DNA of 64,000 nt from Eledone cirrhosa (Eukaryota): assembly GCA_964016885.1 (NCBI GenBank), contig OZ024741.1:393204001-393268000 (forward strand), read 5' to 3'. Every line of letters starts with the position of its first letter. Position 1 is the first letter of the stretch. The position numbers and the translations under genes are program-made. The notes beneath the pieces were generated by a model that had not been told where the DNA came from, ran no database searches, and was given only the letters and a program-made list of their open reading frames with translations. Shown in pieces: positions 37,960 to 60,568 of this stretch.

Positions 37960-38335
37960 ACAAGCATGACCATTTCGTTAAGGAACTTGCTTTGCAATCA
38001 CATGGTTCAGGTTTTAGTAACACTGTGCAGCATCTTGGGCAAGTACATTGTAGCCTCAGGTTGACCAATGCCACAAGACTGGAATTTGGAAGCTGGAAAC
38101 TGCAGACACTTGACAAGTGTGTGTGTGTGTGTGTGTGTGTTTGTTTCTGTCTGTCCATGTCTACATTTATTTCTGCTTCTGTGCTTATGACCCATAATTT
38201 GGCAGTTTAACAAAAAGAGATTGATGAAATAAGAACCAGGCTGGAAAAAATAAGCAGTAGAATCAATATGATCAACTAAAATTCCTTTAAGGTGGTGCCT
38301 CTGAAACCAGTAAAAAATAATAATAAAAGAATAAT
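37960..38335 (+). mobile_element. Old tRNA-derived SINE with internal (GT)n
   Basis: CACATGGTTCAGGTT..CTTGGGCAAGT..TAGCCTCAGGTTGACCAA..GGAAACTG. The tail GGTGGTGCC..CTGAAACCAGTAAAA resembles the CR1 tail at 52252-52310. Confidence 0.7.
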
Positions 38336-39417
38336 ATATAAATACAAATTAAAATCTAATAAAAATAAATATTTATGAATAAAAATAATGCTACACAGTG
38401 GAATTCAAATTTAACCAAATCTGAGCAATGAATAACCAGATAGGACAAAATGAAAGGGTTAACCTTCTACAAGAAACTAAGATGAATAAACAAACAAATG
38501 AAATTTTAATTTATGCCTTCTAGCATTGTTAAAGTAGCTTTGTCAAGATGAGTAATTCAGTCCAAACTGCTAGGTTTCTAAACAGAGCTCTAATTAAAAC
38601 TTTGAAGGAGAGCGAGCCTCTTCTAGCAACTATACAAGAATGTGACAAGTAGCAGAAGCTACTTTCATTTTGTTTTTGCTTGTTTGTTTTCCTTTTGGGG
38701 TGAGGGGAGTTAATCGAGGCAACTTCCAACTCTAGTTCTGTTAAGGAAAAGGAGTTGTATGGACTGTAATAAAAATAAACTATATATGGGAGCTAAGATG
38801 ATATTTAATGAAATAACAATAGCAACATATAGAGGCAGAAACAATTAAAGTTCTTTTCCACAAGTAATAATATAAAGCAACAGAGAGAAGCAAAGGTAGT
38901 AACAAAAAAAGTATAGACAAAATATGCAGCTAAAGAGTTAAACAGACCTAAGTGGTATTTCAGTACATAACACAGCAAATAAAGTAGGCAACAAATACTA
39001 ATTACATTTGACAGCTCAATGTGTATGTATATATATGCATACATACATGTGTGTATGTATGTGTCAGTGTCAGATGTGCCTGAAATAATTTGCTAAAGAA
39101 CATAACAATACATCATTTACTATTTAAAAACATTTTCTCCACTTCTTAAACATATAAATGATAGGAAATGTTTTTTAAGTTAGTCATTACAATTTGCTTG
39201 TAAGCAAAATATTTAAATATGTCAATATTATATACCAGCATGAATTATAATAAATATTTTTTTTTCTTTTGACTAATAGCTATAGTGTAATTCTATTTTA
39301 CTCACAACCATTTTTCTAGGAGTAAAAATCCAATCAAATTTAATCTAAATATTTGCAAAATTCTCTCCAATTTGTAACCATTTTCTGCTTTACACACACA
39401 TATATATATATATATAC

Positions 39418-39448
<31 letters not shown>

Positions 39449-39493
39449 ATGTGTGTGTGTATATATATAGTGTGTGTATGTATATATATATAT

Positions 39494-39543
<50 letters not shown>

Positions 39544-39546
<3 letters not shown>

Positions 39547-39649
39547 CTATACGAGCAAGACACGGTCACCCGATCTATCTTGCCTCAAGTGGGACAATTC
39601 CCGTCTAACCCATGCTAACATGGGAGATAGACGTTAAACGATGATGATG
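39544..39649 (+). mobile_element. Very short RTE-A 3' tail insertion in (TA)n
   Basis: GTCCTATACGAGCAAGAC..TTGCCTCAAGTGGGA..GACGTTAAACGATGATGAT. Confidence 0.8.
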
Positions 39650-39840
39650 AATAAGAGAAATGGTGTTATTCGTACATCTTTATTTTATTCATTATACGTA
39701 TTTCGAAGGTGTAAGTTAGTTATATAAAGCCACCTGACACGTTCTCTTCATATGTGTGTGTGTACAGTGGCAAAACGCACGTCCCACCTGAATAAACTTG
39801 ATGAAAATTTGACACCACCTCGTCCATACATATTATTATA

Positions 39841-39887
<47 letters not shown>

Positions 39888-39904
39888 CGTGTGTGTATGT
39901 ATTG

Positions 39905-40062
39905 TATCATGTTCATCATTTATCATCCATTTTTCCATGCTTGCATGGGTTAGACGAGTTGTCCTGTTGTAGATAACACTAGGTCAGGTGACCATGTCCT
40001 GCTCATACAGGACTGATTTTGGCTTGGTTTCTACAGCTGGATGCCCTTCCTAACGCCAACCT
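39905..40062 (-). mobile_element. Short RTE-C 3' tail fragment
   Basis: TTCCATGCTTGCATGGGTTAGACG..TTTCTACAGCTGGATGCCCTTCCTAACGCCAACC. Confidence 0.8.
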
Positions 40063-40491
40063 TATATGTGAAGAAATACAACTAGCCACAGTGATGCTGC
40101 TACTACCACCTTTCTCTCAATACACAAGAGTTCATTTTACAGTCTCCTTCTCAACAATGAAGATGAAAAAGCTTACCTCAAGGCTTAATTTTATATCTTT
40201 AATTTTTAGTTTTTAATCCTTATTAATTCTTTTGAATTGTAATACTCAACATTTGATAAGATGAATTTTACTAACACATCGAAACCGGTAATGCTTTATA
40301 TACTTTATATACATTATAAAACTCGTTTTTTAAAAGAATTTTCCTCTCATTTTTACAATAATGCCACTTTGACGAATCAAAGAAGGGAAAAAAATTTCCA
40401 GTGCTATTTCCAATCTCACCTTTTCTCTATAACCACTATTTTGTACAGAACCTTACATCCCTTTTCAAATATATATATATATATATACATA

Positions 40492-41612
40492 TCTATATAT
40501 ATAAAACTGAGGATGTCTGTCTGTGAGTGTGTGAGTTTGAATCCCTAAAACTCGAGAAGCACCCAACCGACTGTTTTCAAACTTTATACATGTAATACTT
40601 ATGTTTCAGGGAGTGTTCTGAGCAAATAAAATTCCAAATTTTCAATGCCCTAAGGACCGCACTAGGCGATTTAGCGATGTCTCTCTATAATTCTTAGTCT
40701 TTCTCTTTTTAGATAGATACATACATATAAGGTCACGCCCTTATAATATCTGTCCGTATGTCTGGCTGTCTGTATTACGTCACTTCCCACAATTCCCTCT
40801 GCGTCCAGAACGCGCCCTTATAATATCTGTCTGTATGTCTGCCTGTCTGCATTATGTCACTTCCCAAAATTCCCTCTGCTTGCAGATTTTCCACTTACGG
40901 CCCACTGCCTCCGGTTATTGTGCCACCCTTGCTCAAGACAAATCTCACACTCATTCCCCAAACAGTTGGTGAGTGCACACTTCTTCCTCATGTTTCAAGC
41001 CACAGTGTGGCTTACTTACGTACCACCAGACCCTTACTTCTTTGCCAGTCGTGGTTGTGGCAATACTAAGCTTAGCTAAGGCGGTTATATATTTCACACA
41101 ACACTAAAAATTAAAGCCAGTAAAGAAAAACATCGCTATAATAGCTTCAGTTTTCACAGTATTGCTTACTTACTTGCCTTTACGAGAACAAAAGTTACTA
41201 TTTTACTGCTTAGTATTGTAGAAAATCTATATATATATATATTTTCGTTTTGACTTTATATTTTTATGTGAATTACTTAAGAAATAAATTATTGTATATT
41301 ATTTTTGCGTGTAAATTTTATACTTTCAGGGAGTGTTATGCACATAAAAAATTCAACTTTTTGATCCCCTAGGGCCCACATTAGATGAAAAACTGCGTTT
41401 TTTTTCAGCTTTTTAGGGGTATTTTGAGGCATTACGTCAGACCGATTTCATGGAAATTGTAACTATGTATTAGTCAATCTCTTCTTCATAACGTGAGCAA
41501 AGAAAATCCAACTTTTTTATGGCCCAGAGCCCGCATTAGGTGAAAAACTTCATGTGAGAAACCGACTCTCTCTCTATTGGTAAAACTTTGTGAAATTATA
41601 AAAGCAGAAGAA
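40492..41612 (+). mobile_element. 5' portion of a non-autonomous Helitron-like element
   Basis: A|TCTATATATATAAAACTGAGGATGTCTGTCTGTG..AACTCGAGAA..AACCGA. Internal duplications at 40736-40880 and 40600-40670 versus 41320-41390. No 3' CTAG hairpin seen. Confidence 0.6.
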
Positions 41613-41630
41613 CATACATACATACATACA

Positions 41631-42039
41631 TGGTGGCTGCCAACTCGTTTTCGAGTACGGCCACTACTTTATATCCATGTAGGAGAACCCCTACCGATGC
41701 CCTGAACAAGTGTGACTTTTTAGTCCAGCCAGTGACTTGAAAACTCTGGTACAAACACTACACCTGTGACAATTATTGACACATAGTGCTGGGCCCATGG
41801 TACCATGTGACGACAAGTGCAGAGAGATCTCCAGATATAAAGCAATGCCTGTGCCGTGAAGCTTTTATAGTGAGCAAAGGCACTGCACAAAGCCAGTCCC
41901 ACTCTCTTAACCAAGATGATATTTACCAAAAAGAAGAACAAGTCAACATCATTGGATACCATCAGGGTTGCAGGTGTTATATCAGAGTTTTCCTTCTCCT
42001 AGAATTCTGCCTTGACAAAGGCTAAGGGGTCATCTCTCC
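41631..42039 (-). mobile_element. Non-autonomous retroelement, copy 1 (5'-truncated, (TGTA)n tail)
   Basis: Near-identical to 50770-51180 and 51418-51790, with the same 3' end CTCGAAAACGAGTTGGCAGCCACCA. Confidence 0.88.
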
Positions 42040-42071
42040 TTACATACATACATACATATATATATATACAT

Positions 42072-42688
42072 ACACGTGAACGACAAAGCATAAATGAATT
42101 GAGAGAGAGACTGAGCATAAGAGGAATCAAATGCTGCGTGCAGGAGAGGCGGTTACGCTGGTATGGACATGTGATGCGTATGAAGGATGACAGCTGCATA
42201 AAAAGGTGCAGAGCACTAGAAGTTGATGGAAACCGCGGAGTGGGGAGACCCAAGATGACTTGGGATGAGGTGATAAAAGCCGACCTTACCCAACTACACC
42301 TCTCAAAGTCAATGACACACGACCGTGACTTCTGGCGTCACGCAGTAATACAGGGTACCCGACCTCCCATGGGTACATGCTGAAGCATATAAACAATATG
42401 CCCCCCCCCCCCCACCGCAAGGTGGTCGTGGAGGTGCCACGGCAAAAAAGCACCCAGCCCACACTGTAAAGTGGACGTGTAGGCGCCACGAAAAAGCACC
42501 CAGCACTCACTGTAAATGAGGTTGGTGTTAGGAAGGGCATCCAGCTGTAGAAATCAAGCCAGATCAGTTCCTGTATGAGCAAGGCATGGTCAGCCGACCA
42601 GACACTGCCCACAACAGGACAACCCGTCTAACCCATGCTAGCGTGGAAGAACGGACGTAAAACGGTGATGATGATGATGATGATGATA
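42072..42688 (+). mobile_element. Young RTE-C 3' fragment
   Basis: [28 protein letters not shown] is identical in translation to 57665-57975. (GAT)n tail. Confidence 0.95.
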
Positions 42689-42856
42689 CACACATATACA
42701 TACATATACATACATATACATACACATACATACACACATATACATACATACATACATATACATACATACATATACATATACATATATATACATACATATA
42801 CACACATATATACATACATATACATATACACATACATATGCATATACACACATATA

Positions 42857-43604
42857 TACACAAGAGATGTAGCGGGATAGCAGGCAAACTAACAGGTAGG
42901 GAGAAATATGTATGCAGTAGTTGTACAGGGAAATTAGACAGTAGAAGTCGCACTGATAGAGACATTTTTCAAATGCAAGAGGGCGCTATAGAAGTGGTGG
43001 ATAGCTTCCGGTACCTAGGAGATCAGATTAGCATGGGAGGAGGGTGTTCCGAGGCCATAGTATCTAGAATAAGGACGGGTTGGAAGAAGTTTAGGGAGCT
43101 GCTTCCTCTGTTGACGAAGAAGGGTTTCTCCCTGCGTACGAAAGGCCGGTTGTATGATGCCTGTGTGAGGAGCGCGATGCTGCATGGTAGTGAGACATGG
43201 GCAGCAACTGCAGAGGATATGCGACGGCTGCAGAGAAATGAGGCAAGCATGCTCCGTTGGATGTGCAGTGTAAATGTGCGTGAACGACCCAGCATAAATG
43301 TGTTGAGAGAGAAACTGTGTCTGAGAGGGATAGATGTAGTGTACGGGAGAGGAGACTGAGGTGGTATGGACATGTGATGTGCATGGAGGATGATCGATGG
43401 GTGAAGAAGTGCCAGGAAATGCCAGTTGAAGGAAGACGTGGTAGAGGTAGACCACGAAAAACATGGGCGGAGGTGGTGAGAACAGACCTCAGATCATTGA
43501 AGCTCACGGTGGAGATGACGAGGGACCGTGACGGGTGGAGAGGTGCTGAATAAGACCCATCCCACCCTTGCAAGCAGGGAAAAGCGGACGTAAAATGGTG
43601 ATGA

Positions 43605-43607
<3 letters not shown>
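42857..43607 (+). mobile_element. Young RTE-B 3' fragment
   Basis: [34 protein letters not shown] with one frameshift. B-type short tail. Confidence 0.95.
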
Positions 43608-43680
<73 letters not shown>

Positions 43681-43701
43681 GTACATATGTATATATATAT
43701 G

Positions 43702-43732
<31 letters not shown>

Positions 43733-43751
43733 GTATATATATATGTATATA

Positions 43752-43796
<45 letters not shown>

Positions 43797-43797
43797 G

Positions 43798-43848
<51 letters not shown>

Positions 43849-43874
43849 GTATATATATATGTATATATATATAT

Positions 43875-44200
43875 GGAGGCACATGGCTTAGTGGTTAGAG
43901 CATTGGCCTTGCAAGCGAAAGGTTGTGAGTTCAATTCTCAGACCGGGTGATGTGTTGTTTCCTTGAGCAAGACACTTTATTTCACATTGCTCCATTTTAC
44001 TCAGCTGTAGAAATGAGATGATAGGGACTGGGGTCCATATCATTCCACTGCAAAGTGGTCGTGGAGGTGCCACGGCAAAAAAGCACCCAGCACTCACTGT
44101 AAATGAGGTTGGTGTAGAAATCAAGCCAAAATCAGTTCCCGTCCCACCCCTGCAAGCAGGGAAAAAGCGGACGTAAAATGAAATGATGATGAAATGATGA
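43875..44200 (+). mobile_element. Mosaic tRNA SINE (tRNA head + core + RTE-C UTR module + RTE-B tail)
   Basis: A-box TGGCTTAGTGG, B-box GAGTTCAATTCTC, core TCCTTGAGCAAGACACTTTATTTCAC. 44050-44140 matches 42418-42570 and 44140-44180 matches 43558-43598. Confidence 0.9.
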
Positions 44201-44375
44201 TATATATATATATATATATATAGAGAGATTTTGATTTTATGTTGGTTGTATACCAACACCTCAGTATGCAGGCTGGAGCACTTGACAAAGTGCGCAGGTT
44301 GGTTTGGTTACTCCGGAGTAGTGTAAAATAAAGTTAAATAAAAAGTCAAATGATTAAAATTTAGCTTCGTTTATT

Positions 44376-44430
44376 ACTGCTATATATATTTCAGTGACAG
44401 CCATCCTCGGCTGTGACCTCTTCAGGCAGT
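44376..44430 (-). ncRNA. Minimal type I hammerhead ribozyme
   Basis: ACTGC-CTGAAGA-GGTCACAGCC..GGCTGTCACT-GAAA-TATATA-TA-GCAGT: helix I ACTGC/GCAGT, intact core and palindromic helix III. Confidence 0.85.
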
Positions 44431-44601
44431 TTGAATTAGTATGGTATAGACAAGTACATATGTTGTTGAGGTGTATAATATTGTCAATACTATGATATGC
44501 CCAGTGAAATAACACCCCAACCAGGAACTGGGCATATCAGAGTATTGACAATATTATACACCTCAACAACATATGTACTTGTCTATACCATTCTAATTCA
44601 A

Positions 44602-44656
44602 ACTGCCTGAAGAGGTCACAGCCAAGGATGGTTGTCACTGAAATATATATAGCAGT
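44602..44656 (+). ncRNA. Minimal type I hammerhead ribozyme
   Basis: Mirror copy of 44376-44430. Predicted cleavage is after AUA at 44651, and AATAAA follows immediately. Confidence 0.85.
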
Positions 44657-44706
44657 AATAAACGAAAGGAAATTTTAATCATTTGACTTTTTATTTAACT
44701 TTATTT

Positions 44707-48018
<3,312 letters not shown>

Positions 48019-48023
<5 letters not shown>

Positions 48024-48205
48024 AACCAGTAAGACCCCGACAGCTGAGCTCAAGCCGTTTCGACGGCTAATTCTGGAATTAGCTGTCGAAACGGCTTGAG
48101 CTCAGCTGTCGGGGTCTTACTGGTTCCTATTACCCACTCTACTACCTCAAGTATTGAGTACTTTGGTGCGTTATGGTCCACCTGGTTCCTTACCACATTT
48201 CCTTC

Positions 48206-48206
<1 letters not shown>
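48019..48206. mobile_element. Penelope-associated terminal fragment forming a 55-bp-arm hairpin
   Basis: 48019-48073 pairs with 48076-48130 with one G-T. The same terminus adjoins Penelope ORF sequence at 63170-63270. Confidence 0.8.
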
Positions 48207-48272
<66 letters not shown>

Positions 48273-48305
48273 CATATATATATATACATATATACATATA
48301 TATAC

Positions 48306-48388
<83 letters not shown>

Positions 48389-48399
48389 TATAAATATAC

Positions 48400-48446
<47 letters not shown>

Positions 48447-48459
48447 CATATATATATAC

Positions 48460-48508
<49 letters not shown>

Positions 48509-48701
48509 CATATATATATACATATATATATATATATACATATATACATATATATATATATACATATATATATACATATATATATATACATATACATATA
48601 TATACATATATATATACATATATATATATACATATATATACATATATACATATATATATACATATATATATATATACATATATACATATATATATACATA
48701 C

Positions 48702-48734
<33 letters not shown>

Positions 48735-48739
48735 CATAC

Positions 48740-48770
<31 letters not shown>

Positions 48771-48813
48771 CATATATATATACATATATATATATATATA
48801 CATATATATATAC

Positions 48814-48910
<97 letters not shown>

Positions 48911-49023
48911 CATATATATATACATATATATATATATACATATACATATATATATATATATATACATATATATATACATATATATACATATATATATACA
49001 TATATATATACATATATATATAC

Positions 49024-49066
<43 letters not shown>

Positions 49067-49091
49067 TATATATATATATATATATATATAA
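48207..49091. repeat. (TA)nCA microsatellite
   Basis: Directly visible. Confidence 0.98.
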
Positions 49092-49503
49092 CTTTGAAAT
49101 GTTTTGGCCAGTATTGGCCCAGGCCATGTCTAACTTAATAGCACCACCTGGCGAAGTCTTTCAATTCAGGATTTGGGCACCATGGCCCATTCGAGAAGAG
49201 AATTACTGTTTGCGGAGACATATCCGGGTGTGGGTGGTTTGTCCGGGATTACTTGGAGGAATTTGTCCAAAGACTTCTTGAATTTTGTGTGGTCAGTTTC
49301 TGTTTTGACGTGTCCTGGTGTGATGTTGAAGAGAGCAGGGCCGATTGAGGTGAAATAATTGTGCCGTATTGTTGTTATGAGTTGCGATTTAGATTTTTGA
49401 ATGGGACGGATAGCACGGGGCCCAAGCCTTGGGTGTATCTTGAAGGCGATGCCAACATCATTTGGGCAGTGATGATGGAACATTTTCCACATCATGCAGA
49501 TAA
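49092..49503 (-). mobile_element. CR1/L2-group LINE 3' end
   Basis: [35 protein letters not shown] is homologous to 52325-52669. Confidence 0.85.
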
Positions 49504-50769
<1,266 letters not shown>

Positions 50770-50770
<1 letters not shown>

Positions 50771-51223
50771 GGTGGCTGCCAACTCGTTTTCGAGTACGGC
50801 CACTACTTTATATCCATGTAGGAGAACCCCTACCGATGCGCTGAACGAGTGTGACTTTTTAGTCCAGCCAGCTTGAAAACTCTGGTACAAACACTACACT
50901 TGTGACAATTATTGACACATGGTGCTGTGCCCATGGTACCATGTGACGACAAGTGCAGAGAGATCTCCAGATATAAAGCAATGCCTGTGCCGTGAAGCTT
51001 TTATAGTGAGCAAAGGCACTGCACAAGGCTAGTCCCACTCTCTTAACCAAGATGATATTTACCAAAAAGAAGAACAAGTCAACATCATTGGATATCATCA
51101 GGGTTGCAGGTGTTATATCAGAGTTTTCCTTCTCCTAGAATTCTGCCTTGACAAAGGCTAAGGGGGTCATGTCTCCCGGTGATTTTGGATGGCCATTGAC
51201 TCTTAAGAGCTCCTTTGCCCTTT
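50770..51223 (-). mobile_element. Non-autonomous retroelement, copy 2
   Basis: Same family as 41631-42039, extending further 5'. Confidence 0.88.
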
Positions 51224-51417
51224 GATATATATACATACACATATATATACATACATACACACACATATATACGTAGATACCCACATACATACATACATAT
51301 ATACGTACATACATACATACACATGTCCATGCATACATACATACATACACATATACATACATACATACATATACACGTACATACATACATACATATGCAT
51401 ACATGTACATACATACA

Positions 51418-51983
51418 TGGTGGTGGCTGCCAACTCGTTTTCGAGTACGGCCACCACTTTACATCCATGTAGGAGAGAACCCCTACCGATGCACTCTGGT
51501 ACAAACACTACACTTGTGACAATTATTGACACAGTGCTGGGCCCATGGTACCATGTGACAACAAGTGCAGAGAGATCTCCAGATATAAAGCAATGCCTGT
51601 GCCGTGAAGCTTTTATAGTGAGCAAAGGCACTGCACAAAACCAGTCCCACTCTCTTAACCAAGATGATATTTACCAAAAAGAAGAACAAGTCAACATCAT
51701 TGGATACCATCAGGGTTGCAGGTGTTATATCAGAGTTTTCCTTCTCCTAGAATTCTGCCCTGACAAAGGCTAAGGGGTCATCTCTCCCGGTGATTTTGGA
51801 TGGCAATTGGCTCTTAAGAGCTCCTTTGACAGGTTTTGTTTTTAGTCCTGCAGGATGTCCAAAGTCACCCTCCTCACCAAGAAACCTTGGTGGGGTTGCC
51901 AGTTTAGTCGCCAACGACCCGACCATGGGACAGGTTGTACTGGGATACATGTTACCAGTAGCACCAACTGGTGACCTGACACA
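51418..51983 (-). mobile_element. Non-autonomous retroelement, copy 3 (longest, with structured 5' head)
   Basis: Contains RTE-5'UTR-like CTAGGAGAAGGAAAACTCTGA and several hairpins in 51855-51980. Confidence 0.88.
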
Positions 51984-52006
51984 AATACATATATATATAT
52001 ATATAC

Positions 52007-52119
<113 letters not shown>

Positions 52120-52170
52120 CATATATATATACATATATATATACATATATACATATATATATATATATAC

Positions 52171-52229
<59 letters not shown>

Positions 52230-52251
52230 TATTTATATATACATATATATA

Positions 52252-54040
52252 TCTTTTACTCTTTTACCTGTTACAGCCATCCGGCTGAGGCCATGCTGGG
52301 GCACCGCCCTTGTTGCTACACATTTTATCTCCAGCCTGTATAGGTTGGCCACTGGTGTAGGAGGGAGTTTGTTGCTGCTGCCCTTAGGTTTCCCTCGTGT
52401 CTTGCTGTGGGCTCATCCGGGATCCTGGATAACAAGGTGTCGAGATGTTTCTTAAAGACATCCACCTCCACGTCATGCAAGTCTCTCAGATGCCTCGGCA
52501 GCCTGTTGAAGAGTTGAGGGCCCTTGAATCCCAGGCTATTGCAATACCTGCTCCTTATTCTAGATGTGGAAGACGGGACCTTTGGCACCACACAGTGACG
52601 TCCTGTTCGAGGGTTGGTCCAGCTCCCAATGCCAAAGTTTGGTGCTAGTCCCTCCAGGATTTTCCACATGCGTATCTCTCCCGTCTTCGCTCCAAGGAGT
52701 AGAGGTTCAGTTCCTTTAGCCTCTCCCAGTAGCTTGTCTCCCTCATCTTGGCAATCCTCTTGGTGTAGCTTCGCTGGATTGCCTCAAGCTCCGTGGTTAG
52801 TTTGACACTATGGGGTGACCACAACTGGGAGCAGTAGTCCAGGCGGCTTAGGACAAAAGTCCTCCACAGTGTCAACATGGTGTCTCGATCTCTTGTCCGG
52901 AAAGTCCTCAAGATCCAGCCAGCGAGTCGTCTGCATGTTGTCGCCACTTTCATGATGTGTGAAGAAAAAGATGCATCATCGCTCATATCTATGCCCAGGT
53001 CTCGTATCGATTTTGACACAGGGATATCGGTTCCTCCTGGTCCTGTGTAGCTGTGTTCCACTATATTTGTGTTTGCAGGTTTGTATTGTAGGGCTTGGAA
53101 TTTGCCAGCATTAAACTGCATGTTGTTTTCTTCCGCCCATCTGTATATGGCATCCAGATCCTGCTGTAAAAGGGCAGCGTCAGCCGGGTTTTTGATTGCC
53201 TGTGCTACTTTAGTGTCATCAGCATAGCTAGTGAGGGATGTTGTTGCATGCACCACAGAGGGCATGTCCGAGAGAGCCACCAAAAACAGTAGTGGTCCCA
53301 GGACTGTCCCCTGGGGCACCCCACTTGTTATCGGTGTTTCCCTCGAGAGGGCCCCATTTGCTGCGACTGCCTGGCTTCTGTCCCTTAGGAAGCCATGCAG
53401 CCACTCACCTACTTTTCCAGTTATGCCGAGTCCGTGTAGTTTGTGACATATCATTCCGTGGTCGACCTTGTCAAAGGCCTTCGCAAAGTCAAGATATATC
53501 ACGTCCACATGTGAGCTGTCTAGTAGTTGTCTCAGTACCCATTCGTAGTGATGTAGCAGCTGTGCAAGGCAGCTTCTTCCTGGGCGGAAGCCATGTTGCG
53601 TGCTAGTCAGGCGGTCATTTTCTTCGAGGAAAGTGATTAGTTTCTTTCTGACGACTCGCTCCATGACCTTACTGATATGCGACGTCAGGGAGACTGGCCT
53701 ATAGTTCTTGGCCTCCGCTCTACTACCTCCTTTATGGATAGGGCATATTGTGCCTTCTTTCAGCTCCCTGGGTAGTACACCGTTAGCCAAGGAGCTTCTG
53801 AAGAGCATCTTCAGTGGAGTTGCTAAGGCCCGCTTACATATTTTTAGGAGAACTGCTGGGAATCCATCAGGTCCAGCAGCCGAGTCTGTTCTAATTTCAT
53901 CAATGGCGTACACCACATCCTCCTCCGTTATGTCTATGTGGTTGATGGTTGCCATTTCTTGATGTAGTGTTGTGGCATCAAAGAACTCCTCTGGCTTCGT
54001 TATTTGCATGTGCCTCAGTGGACATGTGAAGACACTTTTG
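52252..54040 (-). mobile_element. 5'-truncated CR1-group LINE with near-intact RT
   Basis: [56 protein letters not shown] and [11 protein letters not shown], with one frameshift at ~52669. Tail GTAAAAGAGTAAAAGA. Confidence 0.96.
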
Positions 54041-57360
<3,320 letters not shown>

Positions 57361-58476
57361 ATCATCATCATCATCATCATCACCGTTTTACGTCCGTTCT
57401 TCCACGCTAGCATGGGTTAGACGGGTTGTCCTGTTGTGGGCAGTGTCTGGTCGGCTGACCATGCCTTGCTCATACAGGAACTGATCTGGCTTGATTTCTA
57501 CAGCTGGATGCCCTTCCTAACACCAACCTCATTTACAGTGAGTGCTGGGTGCTTTTTCGTGGCGCCTACACGTCCACTTTACAGTGTGGGCTGGGTGCTT
57601 TTTTGCCGTGGCACCTCCACGACCACCTTGCGGTGGGGGGGGAGGGGCATATTGTTTATATGCTTCAGCATGTACCCATGGGAGGTCGGGTACCCTGTAT
57701 TACTGCGTGACGCCAGAAGTCACGGTCGTGTGTCATTGACTTTGAGAGGTGTAGTTGGGTAAGGTCGGCTTTTATCACCTCATCCCAAGTCATCTTGGGT
57801 CTCCCCACTCCGCGGTTTCCATCAACTTCTAGTGCTCTGCACCTTTTTATGCAGCTGTCATCCTTCATACGCATCACATGTCCATACCAGCGTAACCGCC
57901 TCTCCTGCACGCAGCATTTGATTCCTCTTATGCTCAGTCTCTCTCTCAATTCATTTATGCTTTGTCGTTCACGTATATTACTGTTACACATCCATCGGAG
58001 CATGCAGGCTTCGTTTCTCTCTAATCTACGTAAGTCTTCCACCTTCAGCGCCCAGGTCTCACTACCATGCAACATCGCTGTTCGGATACACGCATCATAC
58101 AGTCTGCCTTTCATTCTGAGGGAGAAGCCTTTTGCAGCTAGCAGTGGTAGTAGTTCCCTAAACTTCTTCCATCCCGTTCTTACCCTAGTTATTGTACTTT
58201 CTGAGCACCCACCTCCGTTGCTAATTCGGTCACCTAGGTAGCAGAAGCTGTCTACTGTTTCTACAGGGCCCTCCCAGAGATTGGTGGTACTTGTTTCCTG
58301 TGGCTGTTTGCTTGCTGTTTCAGCACAGCTGCTGCATGTGAATCCTACATTCTTAATTAAGCTTCCTGAGATCCCGCTACATCTCTTGTGTACCCATTGT
58401 TTGCATTTGGGGCAAAGAATGGAGTTCCTACCTACACCTTTCCTACATACTGAGCAAGGCCATTTCCCTGAGGGGA

Positions 58477-58478
<2 letters not shown>
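57361..58478 (-). mobile_element. Young RTE-C 3' fragment with intact PHD
   Basis: [29 protein letters not shown] is an open frame. (GAT)n tail. Confidence 0.96.
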
Positions 58479-59998
<1,520 letters not shown>

Positions 59999-60311
59999 AC
60001 AGAGCACCGGCCACATATAAAATCTATATTCTTAGTTAGCTTACCTGTGATCCCACTACATCTTTTATGCACCCATACTTTGCATTTGGCACATAAAATG
60101 GAGTTTCTACTTACTCCTTTCCTACACACTGAGCATGGCCATTTCCCGGATGGAACCGGTGCCCTATTTTCCTTCCTACAAACTAGAACTTTAGTCTTAG
60201 ACAGGTTAATTTTAAGGCCTTTTGATTCTAGGCCATGCTTCCATGTTTGGAATTTCTTCTCTAGTTCAGCCATTGATTCAGCTATTAGCGTTAGATCATC
60301 TGCGTATAGGA
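59999..60311 (-). mobile_element. Internal RTE-A fragment (YADD through PHD)
   Basis: [25 protein letters not shown], truncated on both sides. Confidence 0.93.
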
Positions 60312-60568
60312 AGCTTGCATGCCTCCCAAAAGTCAGTTCAACTTTGAAAAGTCAGAGGAGACTGAGGTTAGTTGGACATACTCACTGATATCCAGAGTTG
60401 ACACTGCACTCGGTGCACCTGTTGGTGCCCCTCCATGGACACACTGGACCGAGGTTAACATATGGACAGACACAGGTCTCTTGGAGACGCAGGACATGGC
60501 AGCGATAATGCGGGACAGAGACCGCTCATCCATAGATCTCGGGAATTTTACCCACCCTAGATAGATAT
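60312..60568 (+). mobile_element. RTEX-like LINE 3' remnant with (TAGA)n tail
   Basis: LPKVSSTLKSQRRLRLVGH, YPEL, PLHGH and DTGL..MRDRD. Confidence 0.6.

Noticed and set aside
43875-43950. tRNA-like A/B boxes
   Set aside because: This is a SINE head continuing into core and LINE tail, with no complete cloverleaf.
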